Source: Bacteroidales bacterium
GTDB taxonomy: Bacteria; Bacteroidota; Bacteroidia; Bacteroidales; WCHB1-69
Direction of reading: 5' to 3'
Length of the DNA stretch: 64,000 nt
Assembly: GCA_017649855.1 (NCBI GenBank)
Contig: JAGCGA010000019.1
Span: 7,645 to 71,644, forward strand
In this document: one piece after another, positions 9,322-17,537 of the stretch
Numbering within the stretch: the first letter of the stretch is position 1
Layout of the letters: the number at the start of each line of letters is the position of its first letter
The notes under the pieces: model-generated
Seen by the model: only the letters and a program-made list of their open reading frames with translations
Databases searched by the model: none
What the model was told of the DNA's origin: nothing
Translations under genes and position numbers: made by a program

Positions 9322-10402
9322 TTGTAATCTCCTCTTCCGGATTGTTGTTTTCTTCCTGGATGGCAAAGTACGTAGACTTATTTTTCAGGAAATAGTTTTG
9401 AAGCAACTTATTATTTCCGAACATAAGTTTCATCAATAGTCTGTATAAAAAGAAATTGTTCGTTTTATTCAGCTTGGACCGTTTATGGAATAACTTGAAA
9501 AGATAGTTGCTTTTCCAACTGCTGAAATTGCTCTCCACAATCTTCATTTCGTAGGTGAGCAGGTCAGTCAAGGGAATATTGACTGGACAAACCTCTTGGC
9601 ACATGCCACATAAGGTGGTTTGTTTGAAGATATTGGTGGTGCTGTTATACTCATCCAAACAGTTTTGCTTCACAATCTCTATCGGGGCCTTGTCAGTTGT
9701 TTTGGCCACCGGACACACCTCCTTGCATCGGTTGCAGTGAATGCAGAATACAGAATTGATGAGGAAAGGATCTTCCAACAAAGGGCCTACATTATGAGCA
9801 TAAATAATAACAGACACATTGATGTCAAGGGTGTTGTATCCTTTTGTATCCGAAGATACAAAGGGATCCGGGATAATTTGGGTCAGGTTGGAGCGGATGA
9901 TTTTCACATCATGCGGAAAATCGCTTTCCTGATTGTTTTTGATGTGCAGGAAAATCGGCAGATCTGAAAGATGAAGTAAAACCTGGTCTACATTCACAAT
10001 GACGATAATATTGTCCGCATAATTAAAACAGGATTGCGCCTCTTTATCTACAAATACCAAAGACCCGTCATTCACGATCGCATAGTCTGCATCCATAATC
10101 AACGCATCGACATTGTATTCCCTGTTTTTGAGCGCTGAAATAGGACATTCATTCAAACTATTCTGGCTAGGCAAGAAGTTCTGGCTCTCTTTGATATCAA
10201 TGCAAACTTTATTATGCGATTTTTTGGGAAGCAGAGCTTGCACCTGCTCCAACAAACTATCCGGCGAGTTAGCCCAAGAGACCGTCAACCCGTTTTTATT
10301 GATAGCGGCTTCCAGGGCGAGCACATTCTTTTCCATGTCTTTGAAATACAAAGAACGGTAATAATGTGCATACTCTCTTATATCCTGAGAAATCTCTTTC
10401 AT
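9308..10402 (-). CDS. LUD-domain plus 4Fe-4S dicluster protein (LutB-like)
   Basis: 364 aa with two ferredoxin-type motifs, CIHCNRCKEVCPV and CGMCQEVCPV, downstream of a LUD/DUF162-like N-terminal half. Confidence 0.72.
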   Translation of the reverse strand: MKEISQDIREYAHYYRSLYFKDMEKNVLALEAAINKNGLTVSWANSPDSLLEQVQALLPKKSHNKVCIDIKESQNFLPSQNSLNECPISALKNREYNVDALIMDADYAIVNDGSLVFVDKEAQSCFNYADNIIVIVNVDQVLLHLSDLPIFLHIKNNQESDFPHDVKIIRSNLTQIIPDPFVSSDTKGYNTLDINVSVIIYAHNVGPLLEDPFLINSVFCIHCNRCKEVCPVAKTTDKAPIEIVKQNCLDEYNSTTNIFKQTTLCGMCQEVCPVNIPLTDLLTYEMKIVESNFSSWKSNYLFKLFHKRSKLNKTNNFFLYRLLMKLMFGNNKLLQNYFLKNKSTYFAIQEENNNPEEEITNEII

Positions 10403-10417
10403 GACCTGCAGATTGCC

Positions 10418-10843
10418 TTATAAATTAATTTTGTCCACGCGACGCTGATGACGGCCGCCTTCGAAATCGGTGCTGAAGAAATTCTCCATGATGTCAGAAG
10501 CAGTCTTTTCGTCAATAAAACGCGCTGGCATGACCAGAATGTTGGCATTGTTATGCTGGCGCACAAGGCGTGCGATATCGGTATTCCAGCAGAGGCCAGC
10601 TCTGATATGCTCATGCTTGTTGGCACACATGGCCATTCCATTGCCTGTTCCGCAAATCAGAATCCCATATGGAAACTCTCCACCCGCCACCTTTTCGGAC
10701 AAAGGATGGGCAAAATCCGGATAGTCAACACTTTCCTCAGAAAAAGTACCCAGATCTTCAAATTCCAACTTTCCTGAAAACATGATTTTCAGTCTCTCTT
10801 TTAATTCATATCCTGCGTGATCAGAGGCAATAATTACTTTCAT
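10418..10843 (-). CDS. rpiB: Ribose-5-phosphate isomerase B
   Basis: 141 aa. MKVIIASDHAGYELKE... and ICGTGNGMAMCANK are typical of RpiB/LacAB. Confidence 0.93.
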   Translation of the reverse strand: MKVIIASDHAGYELKERLKIMFSGKLEFEDLGTFSEESVDYPDFAHPLSEKVAGGEFPYGILICGTGNGMAMCANKHEHIRAGLCWNTDIARLVRQHNNANILVMPARFIDEKTASDIMENFFSTDFEGGRHQRRVDKINL

Positions 10844-10866
10844 ACCATTTTATTTAAATAAGTCTG

Positions 10867-10874
10867 CAAAAATA
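10867..10874 (-). promoter_or_regulatory. -7 box TAttTTTG (reverse strand) upstream of rpiB
   Basis: The reverse complement of CAAAAATA is TATTTTTG, about 24 nt upstream of the rpiB ATG. Confidence 0.55.
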
Positions 10875-11466
10875 CAAAAAATCAAAAGTTCACCACCACA
10901 AAAACTCTTTTAGTTTTCCTCTATTATCTTTTCATTATTTTTTAGAAATGATATATTATGGCTGTTTATAGGTTGATAAAAAAATGACCCCTTCTCTTGA
11001 CTTTTTGAGTTATCAATATTAATCAACAAAAATTCATATTTGTTGCATATTTTATCCCTTTCATTTTGAACAGGTTTTATATTTCCAAAAAAAGTTTTCA
11101 AAATTTTTAGTTGAAAAAATCCTCACTTTTCACCCCCTTTTTTCGTTGAAAAATTTGGTGGAAAAAACCGCCTTTTTCTTGATATTTTTCTTTATCAAAA
11201 TTTGTCAACAGAGTAATGAAACCGTAACTTCAACTTTTCTGAAAACTCGCTCCTTTATTAACTTTTGGTTGTTAATAAAACTTAATTTTTTCTCATTCAG
11301 GGATTTAGAAAAATAGGGATTCCAGCTGCTAAAACTCGCCTGTTCGGAAAGCAAAAATAATCAAAATTCAGGTGTCATTATCATAATATATCGATGAGAT
11401 TTTCGTTCAGGTTTTTTATGTCAATACATACATTATTATAAGAGAATAAAAAGTATCTTTGCCGCC

Positions 11467-12261
11467 GTGAAAAGAGCACCGTTTATATTAACTCTCCTGA
11501 TGATTTTTGCGATAGGATCTTATGCCCAACGTGTTTCCTATTCCGCCAGGGTCTTTGACGGTGTGACGTATCAACCGCTAGATGGAGCCAGTGTGTACAA
11601 TTCTAACACTAAAAAATTTGTTTTTACGGATAAGTCAGGCAGATTCACCATCTCTGTGAAAGAAAACGATACGTTGATCATTTCCAAATCTGTATATAGA
11701 CAGTTGGTTTTCATCATTAACAAGAATGTGCTTCAATACAAGGATGACATTTTTCTCTACTATAAGTCCACCATGTTGAAGGAGGTGCGCATCATTGCCA
11801 TCAATCCGTCGTATGAAGGGTTTAAGAAAGATATAGTCACCTTGGAATTGCCGGATTATTACAAGACGGCGCAGGATGTGAAGCTTTCGGAGATGGACAA
11901 GGCGAACATTAGATACAGTCAGAACCCGAATGGCAACATTTTGTCTTTGGGAGGAACAGCCACCATGTCGCCCATTTCCTTCTTATATGAAAAATACAAC
12001 CGCAAAGCGCAGATGCAGCGATTGTACAATGAGATGGTCACCTATGAAGACGAGCTTGACCAGGTGCAGGAGAAATACAATCGTGAGGTAGTGCATGAGT
12101 TGACGGGACTGGAAGGCGATGAGTTATTGGATTTTATGACATATTGTCATTTCAGTTACTATGATTTGGTACGGTGGGATCGTGAAAATATCGCTTCCCA
12201 AGTGAAAAACAAGTTTTTTTCGTACCAATATGAAAAGGTGATCAATCAACCCAAACAATAA
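11467..12261 (+). CDS. Secreted protein with a CarboxypepD_reg-like N-terminal domain
   Basis: GTG start. Signal peptide KRAPFILTLLMIFAIGSYAQ. RVFDGVTYQPLDGASVYNSNTKKFVFTDKSGRFTISVKENDTLIISKSVY fits the carboxypeptidase-regulatory-like beta-sandwich pattern. A TAtcTTTG box lies at 11452-11459, immediately before the start, so the mRNA may be leaderless. Confidence 0.6.
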   Translation: MKRAPFILTLLMIFAIGSYAQRVSYSARVFDGVTYQPLDGASVYNSNTKKFVFTDKSGRFTISVKENDTLIISKSVYRQLVFIINKNVLQYKDDIFLYYKSTMLKEVRIIAINPSYEGFKKDIVTLELPDYYKTAQDVKLSEMDKANIRYSQNPNGNILSLGGTATMSPISFLYEKYNRKAQMQRLYNEMVTYEDELDQVQEKYNREVVHELTGLEGDELLDFMTYCHFSYYDLVRWDRENIASQVKNKFFSYQYEKVINQPKQ

Positions 12262-12270
12262 TTCCCTATT

Positions 12271-12513
12271 ATGTCGATGAATGATTTTTTGAAAAAGAAT
12301 CTTAACCTCTATCATGTCATAGGAATGGTTTTAGGGGTGGGATTCAGTATGATTTATTGGGTGAAAGTGGGACAGTTTTCCGACAATATTTTGAAAAAAA
12401 GTCCTGTCTTGATGGCCATTTGGGGCATCTTGATAGGTTATATTCTATGTGACTTGGTTTTTAACAGCCAAAAGCGGAAAGAAGATGAAAATAAACGACA
12501 AGAGCAAGAATAA
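12271..12513 (+). CDS. Small two-TM membrane protein (80 aa)
   Basis: Two hydrophobic helices (VIGMVLGVGFSMIYWV and VLMAIWGILIGYILCDLVF) and a basic tail. It starts 9 nt after the upstream stop. Confidence 0.5.
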   Translation: MSMNDFLKKNLNLYHVIGMVLGVGFSMIYWVKVGQFSDNILKKSPVLMAIWGILIGYILCDLVFNSQKRKEDENKRQEQE

Positions 12514-12519
12514 AAAAGT

Positions 12520-12527
12520 TATCTTTG
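12520..12527 (+). promoter_or_regulatory. -7 box TAtcTTTG upstream of the MFS transporter
   Basis: TATCTTTG followed by CGGC, 44 nt before the ATG at 12572. Confidence 0.55.
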
Positions 12528-12571
12528 CGGCTTTGTATGAAGAAATCTAATAATCATTAAAAATAATCTGT

Positions 12572-14206
12572 ATGACTGAAAAACTTCAAACTTTAAGAGA
12601 CAATGCTGCCGTGCGTTGGCTGGCACTTTTGTTATTGGCTTTGGCCATGTTCTGTTCCTACATTTTCATGGACATTCTTTCCCCCATCAAGGACTTGATG
12701 CAAACAACGCGTGGTTGGAATTCCACGGCATTCGGTACGATGCAGGGTGCGGAAACCTTCCTGAATGTGTTTGTATTCTTCCTGATCTTTGCTGGTATCA
12801 TTTTGGATAAGATGGGTGTCCGTTTCACCGCCATCTTGTCCGGTGCCGTGATGCTGGTCGGTGGTTTGATAAAGTATTATGCCGTATCGGAAGCCTTCAT
12901 GGGCAGTGGCATTGAAACTTGGTTCACCAATCACCTGAATTACATTCCCGGTTTCCAGGAATTGGGTGTGGCTCCTTTCTACGAGGGAATGCCCGCTTCC
13001 GCCAAAGTGGCCGCTGTCGGTTTCATGATCTTCGGTTGCGGCGTGGAAATGGCAGGTATTACGGTTTCCCGTGGTATTGTGAAGTGGTTCAAGGGTCGCG
13101 AGATGGCTTTGGCCATGGGTTCTGAGATGGCTTTGGCCCGTTTAGGTGTGGCCACCTGTATGATTTTCTCTCCCTTCTTCGCAAACCTTGGAGGTAAAGT
13201 GGATGTTTCCCGCTCCGTTGCTTTCGGCGTGGTGTTGCTCTGTATTGCCTTGATGATGTTCATTGTTTATTTCTTCATGGATAAGAAACTGGATTCCCAA
13301 ACCGGCGAAGCGGAGGAGAAAGACGATCCGTTCAAAGTGTCCGACATTGGCAAGATTCTCTCCTCTGGTGGTTTCTGGTTGGTGGCTCTGCTTTGCGTAC
13401 TTTATTACAGTGCCATTTTCCCGTTCCAGAAATATGCCGTGAACGTGTTGCAATGCAACCTCACACTCAATCCGCATGATGGTTTCTGGGCCAGCAATGC
13501 TGCCACTATTATTCAATATCTCATCATGTTGGTTGTTGCCGCCTGCTCCTTCACAAGCAACTTTTCCAAGAACAAGGTCAAGAAATACAGTCTGATGGGT
13601 ATCGCTGTTGTGGCTTTGATTGCATATTGCTGGATGGGATACATGATCGGCACTCCTGGTTCTATTTTCGCAGTGTTCCCGCTGTTGGCAGTAGCCATCA
13701 CCCCGATTCTCGGTAACTATGTGGATCATAAGGGTAAAGCCGCTTCCATGTTGATGATTGGTTCCCTGCTGCTCATCTTCTGCCATCTCACCTTCGCTTT
13801 CATCTTGCCGATGTTCAAGAGCAGTCCAATCGGCGGTGTGGTAATCGCATACGCCACGATTCTTGTGTTGGGTGCTTCCTTCTCTTTGGTGCCTGCCGCT
13901 TTATGGCCGAGTGTTCCGAAATTGGTGGATGAGAAAATCATCGGTTCCGCTTACGCCCTCATCTTCTGGATTCAGAATATAGGTTTGTGGCTCTTCCCGC
14001 TGCTTTATGGTAAGATTCTGGATATGACGAACCCGGAAGGTACTCCTGCCACAGAACTGAACCATACGGTTCCTTTGGCTATGTTTGCCTGCTTAGGTGT
14101 TGCCGCTTTGGTTCTCGGTATTATCCTGAAGGCTGTGGATAAGAAGAATAATCTCGGTCTGGAGCAACCGAATATCGTAAAAGAAGAGGTTCCCGCTGCC
14201 GAGTAG
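12572..14206 (+). CDS. Major facilitator superfamily (MFS) transporter
   Basis: 544 aa, about 12 or more hydrophobic helices in two halves separated by an acidic loop (DSQTGEAEEKDDPFK). No specific substrate motif recognised. Confidence 0.8.
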   Translation: MTEKLQTLRDNAAVRWLALLLLALAMFCSYIFMDILSPIKDLMQTTRGWNSTAFGTMQGAETFLNVFVFFLIFAGIILDKMGVRFTAILSGAVMLVGGLIKYYAVSEAFMGSGIETWFTNHLNYIPGFQELGVAPFYEGMPASAKVAAVGFMIFGCGVEMAGITVSRGIVKWFKGREMALAMGSEMALARLGVATCMIFSPFFANLGGKVDVSRSVAFGVVLLCIALMMFIVYFFMDKKLDSQTGEAEEKDDPFKVSDIGKILSSGGFWLVALLCVLYYSAIFPFQKYAVNVLQCNLTLNPHDGFWASNAATIIQYLIMLVVAACSFTSNFSKNKVKKYSLMGIAVVALIAYCWMGYMIGTPGSIFAVFPLLAVAITPILGNYVDHKGKAASMLMIGSLLLIFCHLTFAFILPMFKSSPIGGVVIAYATILVLGASFSLVPAALWPSVPKLVDEKIIGSAYALIFWIQNIGLWLFPLLYGKILDMTNPEGTPATELNHTVPLAMFACLGVAALVLGIILKAVDKKNNLGLEQPNIVKEEVPAAE

Positions 14207-14282
14207 TCATTCATTACCATATAAATCTATAAACGGGAGACTCTTCTTAGCCAAGGAGAGTCTCTCTTTTCTCTAACCGAAT

Positions 14283-15311
14283 ATGAAGAAAAAGACCGCC
14301 ATCATTGTCATCGCCATTCTCTCGGCCCTGCTTGCCATCACGACGGGTATAACCCTTTGTTTGGCCTTGGACGACCATCCGTTCAAGACGAAGCCCATTC
14401 CCAACTATTATGCCAACAAATTAACAGCACCTTATGTTCCTGAAACTATGATGTTTGCGGGCGAGAAGGTGCCGTTGGATGTCTATTGGGTGCGGGAAGG
14501 GCTCGACCGCGAACTGATTATCAACTGCTACCAGCACTCCAAGACCTTGCGCATTTTCAAGCTTTCTACACGTCTTTTTCCAGTGATAGAGAAGATCTTG
14601 GAAGAGGAGGGTGTGCCCGAAGACTTCAAGTACCTCTGTGTGGCGGAGAGCGGTCTGGAGAACGTGATCTCGCCCGCCGGAGCCGGTGGTTACTGGCAGT
14701 TCATCCCCGCCACCGCCAAGGTGTATGGCCTGACAGTCACCAACGACATTGATGAGCGGTATCATCTGGAAAAAGCCACCCGCGCAGCCTGCAAAATGTT
14801 GAAAAAATGTCGCAACCAGTTCGGCAGCTGGACCTTGGCGGCCGCTGCGTACAATAGGGGAGAGGGCGGCTTGCAGGCGGCCATCACCTCCCAGTCGTGC
14901 AACAGCTATTGGGACCTTTGGCTCAATGCCGAAACTTCCCGCTACGTGTATCGCATCTTGGCTTTCAAGCTGATGTTCGACAACCCGCAGCTCTATGGCG
15001 TGGAGTTGTGCCCCGCTCAAATGTATCAACCTATTCCCACAGAAGAACTGAAGGTGACCTCCAGCATTGAAGACCTGCCCAAGTATGCACTCGAAAAAGG
15101 AATCACCTACAAAGAGTTGCGTGACTTGAACCCCTGGATTCGCAATAGCAAGCTGGTTGTGTCGTCTGGCAAGAGCTATACCTTGCTGATTCCCAAAAAA
15201 TCCAAAGACTATTATCGGGATTTGTTCAAGCATGTGGAAAACCCTTTTGCGATTATCGGGGACACGATTCCCGCGTCCCTTAAAAATCCGAATACGGCTG
15301 TTAGCCGTTAG
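14283..15311 (+). CDS. Lytic murein transglycosylase (SLT domain, MltD-like)
   Basis: CVAESGLENVISPAGAGGYWQF contains the catalytic Glu-Ser motif, and AAAYNRGEGG is typical of SLT domains. There is an N-terminal membrane anchor. Confidence 0.85.
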   Translation: MKKKTAIIVIAILSALLAITTGITLCLALDDHPFKTKPIPNYYANKLTAPYVPETMMFAGEKVPLDVYWVREGLDRELIINCYQHSKTLRIFKLSTRLFPVIEKILEEEGVPEDFKYLCVAESGLENVISPAGAGGYWQFIPATAKVYGLTVTNDIDERYHLEKATRAACKMLKKCRNQFGSWTLAAAAYNRGEGGLQAAITSQSCNSYWDLWLNAETSRYVYRILAFKLMFDNPQLYGVELCPAQMYQPIPTEELKVTSSIEDLPKYALEKGITYKELRDLNPWIRNSKLVVSSGKSYTLLIPKKSKDYYRDLFKHVENPFAIIGDTIPASLKNPNTAVSR

Positions 15312-15394
15312 CCATTGGCTATTAGCTAACGGCCAATGGCCAATAGTCAAAGTATAATTCAAATGCAACAATAAAACCGACAAAAAAGATTATT

Positions 15395-17068
15395 ATGAAA
15401 TATATCATTATCGGTGGCGTGGCGGGAGGAGCTTCTGCCGCAGCCAGACTGAAGAGAATACAGGAAGATGCTGAAATCGTCATCTTTGAGAAAGGCGAGT
15501 ACATCTCCTATGCCAACTGTGGCTTGCCTTACTATATCGGCAACACCATAGAAGACCGCAAGAAATTGTTTGTACAGACGCCAGTCTCTTTCGGTAACCG
15601 TTACGACGCCGATGTGCGCACCCTAAACGAAGTCACAGCCATTGACAGAGAACGCAAAGTGGTGAAAGTAAAAAATTTGCGCAATGGCAAAGAGTATGAG
15701 GAATCATACGATTGTCTGCTGTTGTCGCCGGGTGCGGTGCCGGTGGTGCCCAATCTGCCCGGCATCGACTTGCCGCATATCTACACGTTGCGCAACGTGC
15801 CCGACTGTGATCAGATCAAGCAGCGGGCCATCGAGCAGCTGAAAGAGGGTGCTTCGGCGGTCATCATCGGCGGAGGTTTCATCGGCTTGGAGATGGCGGA
15901 GAACCTGCACCGCATCGGCTATCAGGTCACCGTGATCGAGAAGGCCCCGCACGTGCTGACGCCGTTAGACTGGCCCATGGCCGCCATCGTGCAGCAGCAT
16001 CTGGTCGATAAGGGTGTGCGGGTGGTCCCGAACACAGCTTTGAAAGGCTTCCAGTATCGGGAGGGCCGTTTGGAGGTCCTGACCGATGGGACGGAGATTT
16101 TCCCTTGCGACATGGCCATCCTGAGTATTGGCGTGCGCCCGAACACAGAATTAGCCCTGCAGTGCGGTCTGCAGATAGGGGAGAGTGGGGGCGTGCAGGT
16201 GGACGAATACCTGCGCACCTCCGACGAGCACATCTACGCGGTGGGCGACGCCATCGAGTTCCCGCATCCAGTGACGGGCAAGCCTTATTGCAACTTCCTG
16301 GCGGGACCGGCCAATGCGCAGGCACGCATCGCCGCCATGAACATGGTCTATCCCGAGAGTGTCCGCTACAATGGCTCCGTGGCTACGGCCATCGCCAAGG
16401 TGTTTGAGCTGACCGCCGGCGCCACGGGACTCAACGAGCAGCGGTTGCGTCAGGAGGGGATTCCCTTCCAGACGGTCATCACGCACCCCGCGCCCCACGC
16501 CACCTACTACCCCGGCGGCGAGCCCATCCACTTGAAACTCAACTTCGACCCCGAGACAGGCCGTATCCTGGGAGCACAGGCAGTGGGCAAAAAGAACGTG
16601 GACAAGCAGATCGACATCATCTCCCTGCTGCTGAAGCACCAGGGCACCATCTATGATATGATCAACAGCGAACATGCCTATGCTCCGCCGTATGGCTCCG
16701 CGAAGAGTCCGGTGATGTTTGCCGGCATGGTGGCCGAGAACATCATGGCTGGCCTGATGAAACCCGTCCAGGTGGAGGAATTGGATGCGATGATCGATAG
16801 GGGAGAGGAGTTTCAGCTGGTGGATGTGCGTGAAATACAAGAATTTAAGACTGGTACTATCGCCAATGCCGAGAACTATCCCGTGGATGAGCTCCGTGAG
16901 CTGATGGAAGATTTGGATCCCGAGAAGAAGACGGTGGTGTTCTGCGAAGTTGGACTCAGAGGCTATGTGGCCGCCCGCATCCTGATGCAGTCCGGATTCA
17001 CCGAGATTTACAACTTAATCGGGGGTATGAAAACCTACCGGCTCATCGGTAAACATAATAGGGGATAA
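15395..17068 (+). CDS. CoA-disulfide reductase / NADH oxidase-family flavoprotein with a C-terminal rhodanese domain
   Basis: MKYIIIGGVAGGASAAARL is the FAD motif and SYANCGLPYY holds the redox-active Cys. The C-terminal ~100 aa have a rhodanese-like CEVGLRG loop. Confidence 0.85.
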   Translation: MKYIIIGGVAGGASAAARLKRIQEDAEIVIFEKGEYISYANCGLPYYIGNTIEDRKKLFVQTPVSFGNRYDADVRTLNEVTAIDRERKVVKVKNLRNGKEYEESYDCLLLSPGAVPVVPNLPGIDLPHIYTLRNVPDCDQIKQRAIEQLKEGASAVIIGGGFIGLEMAENLHRIGYQVTVIEKAPHVLTPLDWPMAAIVQQHLVDKGVRVVPNTALKGFQYREGRLEVLTDGTEIFPCDMAILSIGVRPNTELALQCGLQIGESGGVQVDEYLRTSDEHIYAVGDAIEFPHPVTGKPYCNFLAGPANAQARIAAMNMVYPESVRYNGSVATAIAKVFELTAGATGLNEQRLRQEGIPFQTVITHPAPHATYYPGGEPIHLKLNFDPETGRILGAQAVGKKNVDKQIDIISLLLKHQGTIYDMINSEHAYAPPYGSAKSPVMFAGMVAENIMAGLMKPVQVEELDAMIDRGEEFQLVDVREIQEFKTGTIANAENYPVDELRELMEDLDPEKKTVVFCEVGLRGYVAARILMQSGFTEIYNLIGGMKTYRLIGKHNRG

Positions 17069-17131
17069 AAACCCCGTCAAATAATTGAAAAATACTCAAA
17101 AATGGGGATGATGCAGTTTGTGTCATCCCTG

Positions 17132-17139
17132 TATTTTTG
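17132..17139 (+). promoter_or_regulatory. -7 box TAttTTTG preceding a 25-codon ORF
   Basis: TATTTTTG directly follows the hairpin GGGATGA-N11-TCATCCC (17105-17129) that probably terminates the upstream flavoprotein gene. An ATG follows 9 nt later. Confidence 0.5.
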
Positions 17140-17148
17140 CATCCGTAA

Positions 17149-17226
17149 ATGAAACGATTTTGTGGAGGAGGAAAAGGATGTGTGACAATGTTTGATTTTA
17201 TAATATATAGTAAGTTGTTTTTTTGA
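17149..17226 (+). CDS. Candidate 25-aa peptide MKRFCGGGKGCVTMFDFIIYSKLFF
   Basis: Translated by hand. It sits between a consensus -7 box and a strong intrinsic terminator. It is too short for the ORF track and coding status is unproven. Confidence 0.3.
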   Translation: MKRFCGGGKGCVTMFDFIIYSKLFF

Positions 17227-17254
17227 CCGGTCTTGCGAGGCCGGTCTTTTTTTT
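17225..17254 (+). terminator. Intrinsic terminator
   Basis: GACCGGTCT-TGCG-AGGCCGGTC stem-loop (about 9 bp with a tetraloop) followed by T8. Confidence 0.75.
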
Positions 17255-17305
17255 GTTAGGCCAAAGAAAAGACCAAATGAATAAAGTAGATACCACAGTT
17301 TTTTC

Positions 17306-17313
17306 TATCTTTG
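17306..17313 (+). promoter_or_regulatory. -7 box TAtcTTTG upstream of a 35-codon ORF
   Basis: TATCTTTG followed by CCG, about 57 nt before the ATG at 17371. Confidence 0.45.
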
Positions 17314-17370
17314 CCGTTTTAATCAACAGGAAAGTAAATGATTATACTAACACCCTAAATAATTAGCCTT

Positions 17371-17478
17371 ATGATAGCAGATCAGATTGACAATTTGCAG
17401 GCATTGCGCGAATACCTGCAGGACGAGAGTTCCGGTGACTGTTGCAGCTGTCCGCAAACGCAAATCATCAACGGATAA
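17371..17478 (+). CDS. Candidate 35-aa peptide MIADQIDNLQALREYLQDESSGDCCSCPQTQIING
   Basis: Translated by hand: an amphipathic acidic N-terminal half and a CCSC cluster. It is followed by a perfect 28-nt palindromic hairpin at 17488-17515. Confidence 0.3.
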   Translation: MIADQIDNLQALREYLQDESSGDCCSCPQTQIING

Positions 17479-17487
17479 CCATCATTC

Positions 17488-17515
17488 GGTGGAGACGCAA
17501 TATTGCGTCTCCACC
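17488..17515 (+). terminator. Perfect hairpin; possible terminator, attenuator or processing site
   Basis: GGTGGAGACGCAATATTGCGTCTCCACC is fully self-complementary. It is followed by GTTGTT, a weak U-tract, and lies 22 nt before the next ATG. Confidence 0.5.
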
Positions 17516-17537
17516 GTTGTTAAATCAAAATAGTACG

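Noticed and set aside
9308-9366. A 59-nt overlap between the LUD/Fe-S gene and the giant coiled-coil gene, considered as a possible programmed frameshift or fusion.
   Set aside because: An in-frame ATG at 9321 (MKSSNIQ...) reduces the overlap to 14 nt. The extra 15 N-terminal codons (MPSRKKTTIRKRRLQ) are probably not translated, so this is ordinary operon packing.
10910-11101. A 63-aa minus-strand ORF in the long AT-rich spacer.
   Set aside because: It is Asn/Lys/Ile/Phe-rich, as expected from translating AT-rich non-coding DNA, with no promoter box in a suitable position.
15290-15345. Palindromic GTTAGCCGTTAGCCATTGGCTATTAGCTAACGGCCAATGGCC after the transglycosylase gene, considered as a possible transposon inverted repeat or protein-binding palindrome.
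   Set aside because: It is a single copy, sits directly across the stop codon, and forms a simple GCCGTTAGC/GCTAACGGC hairpin. A transcription terminator or mRNA-stabilising stem-loop is the simplest explanation. No transposase or target duplication is nearby.
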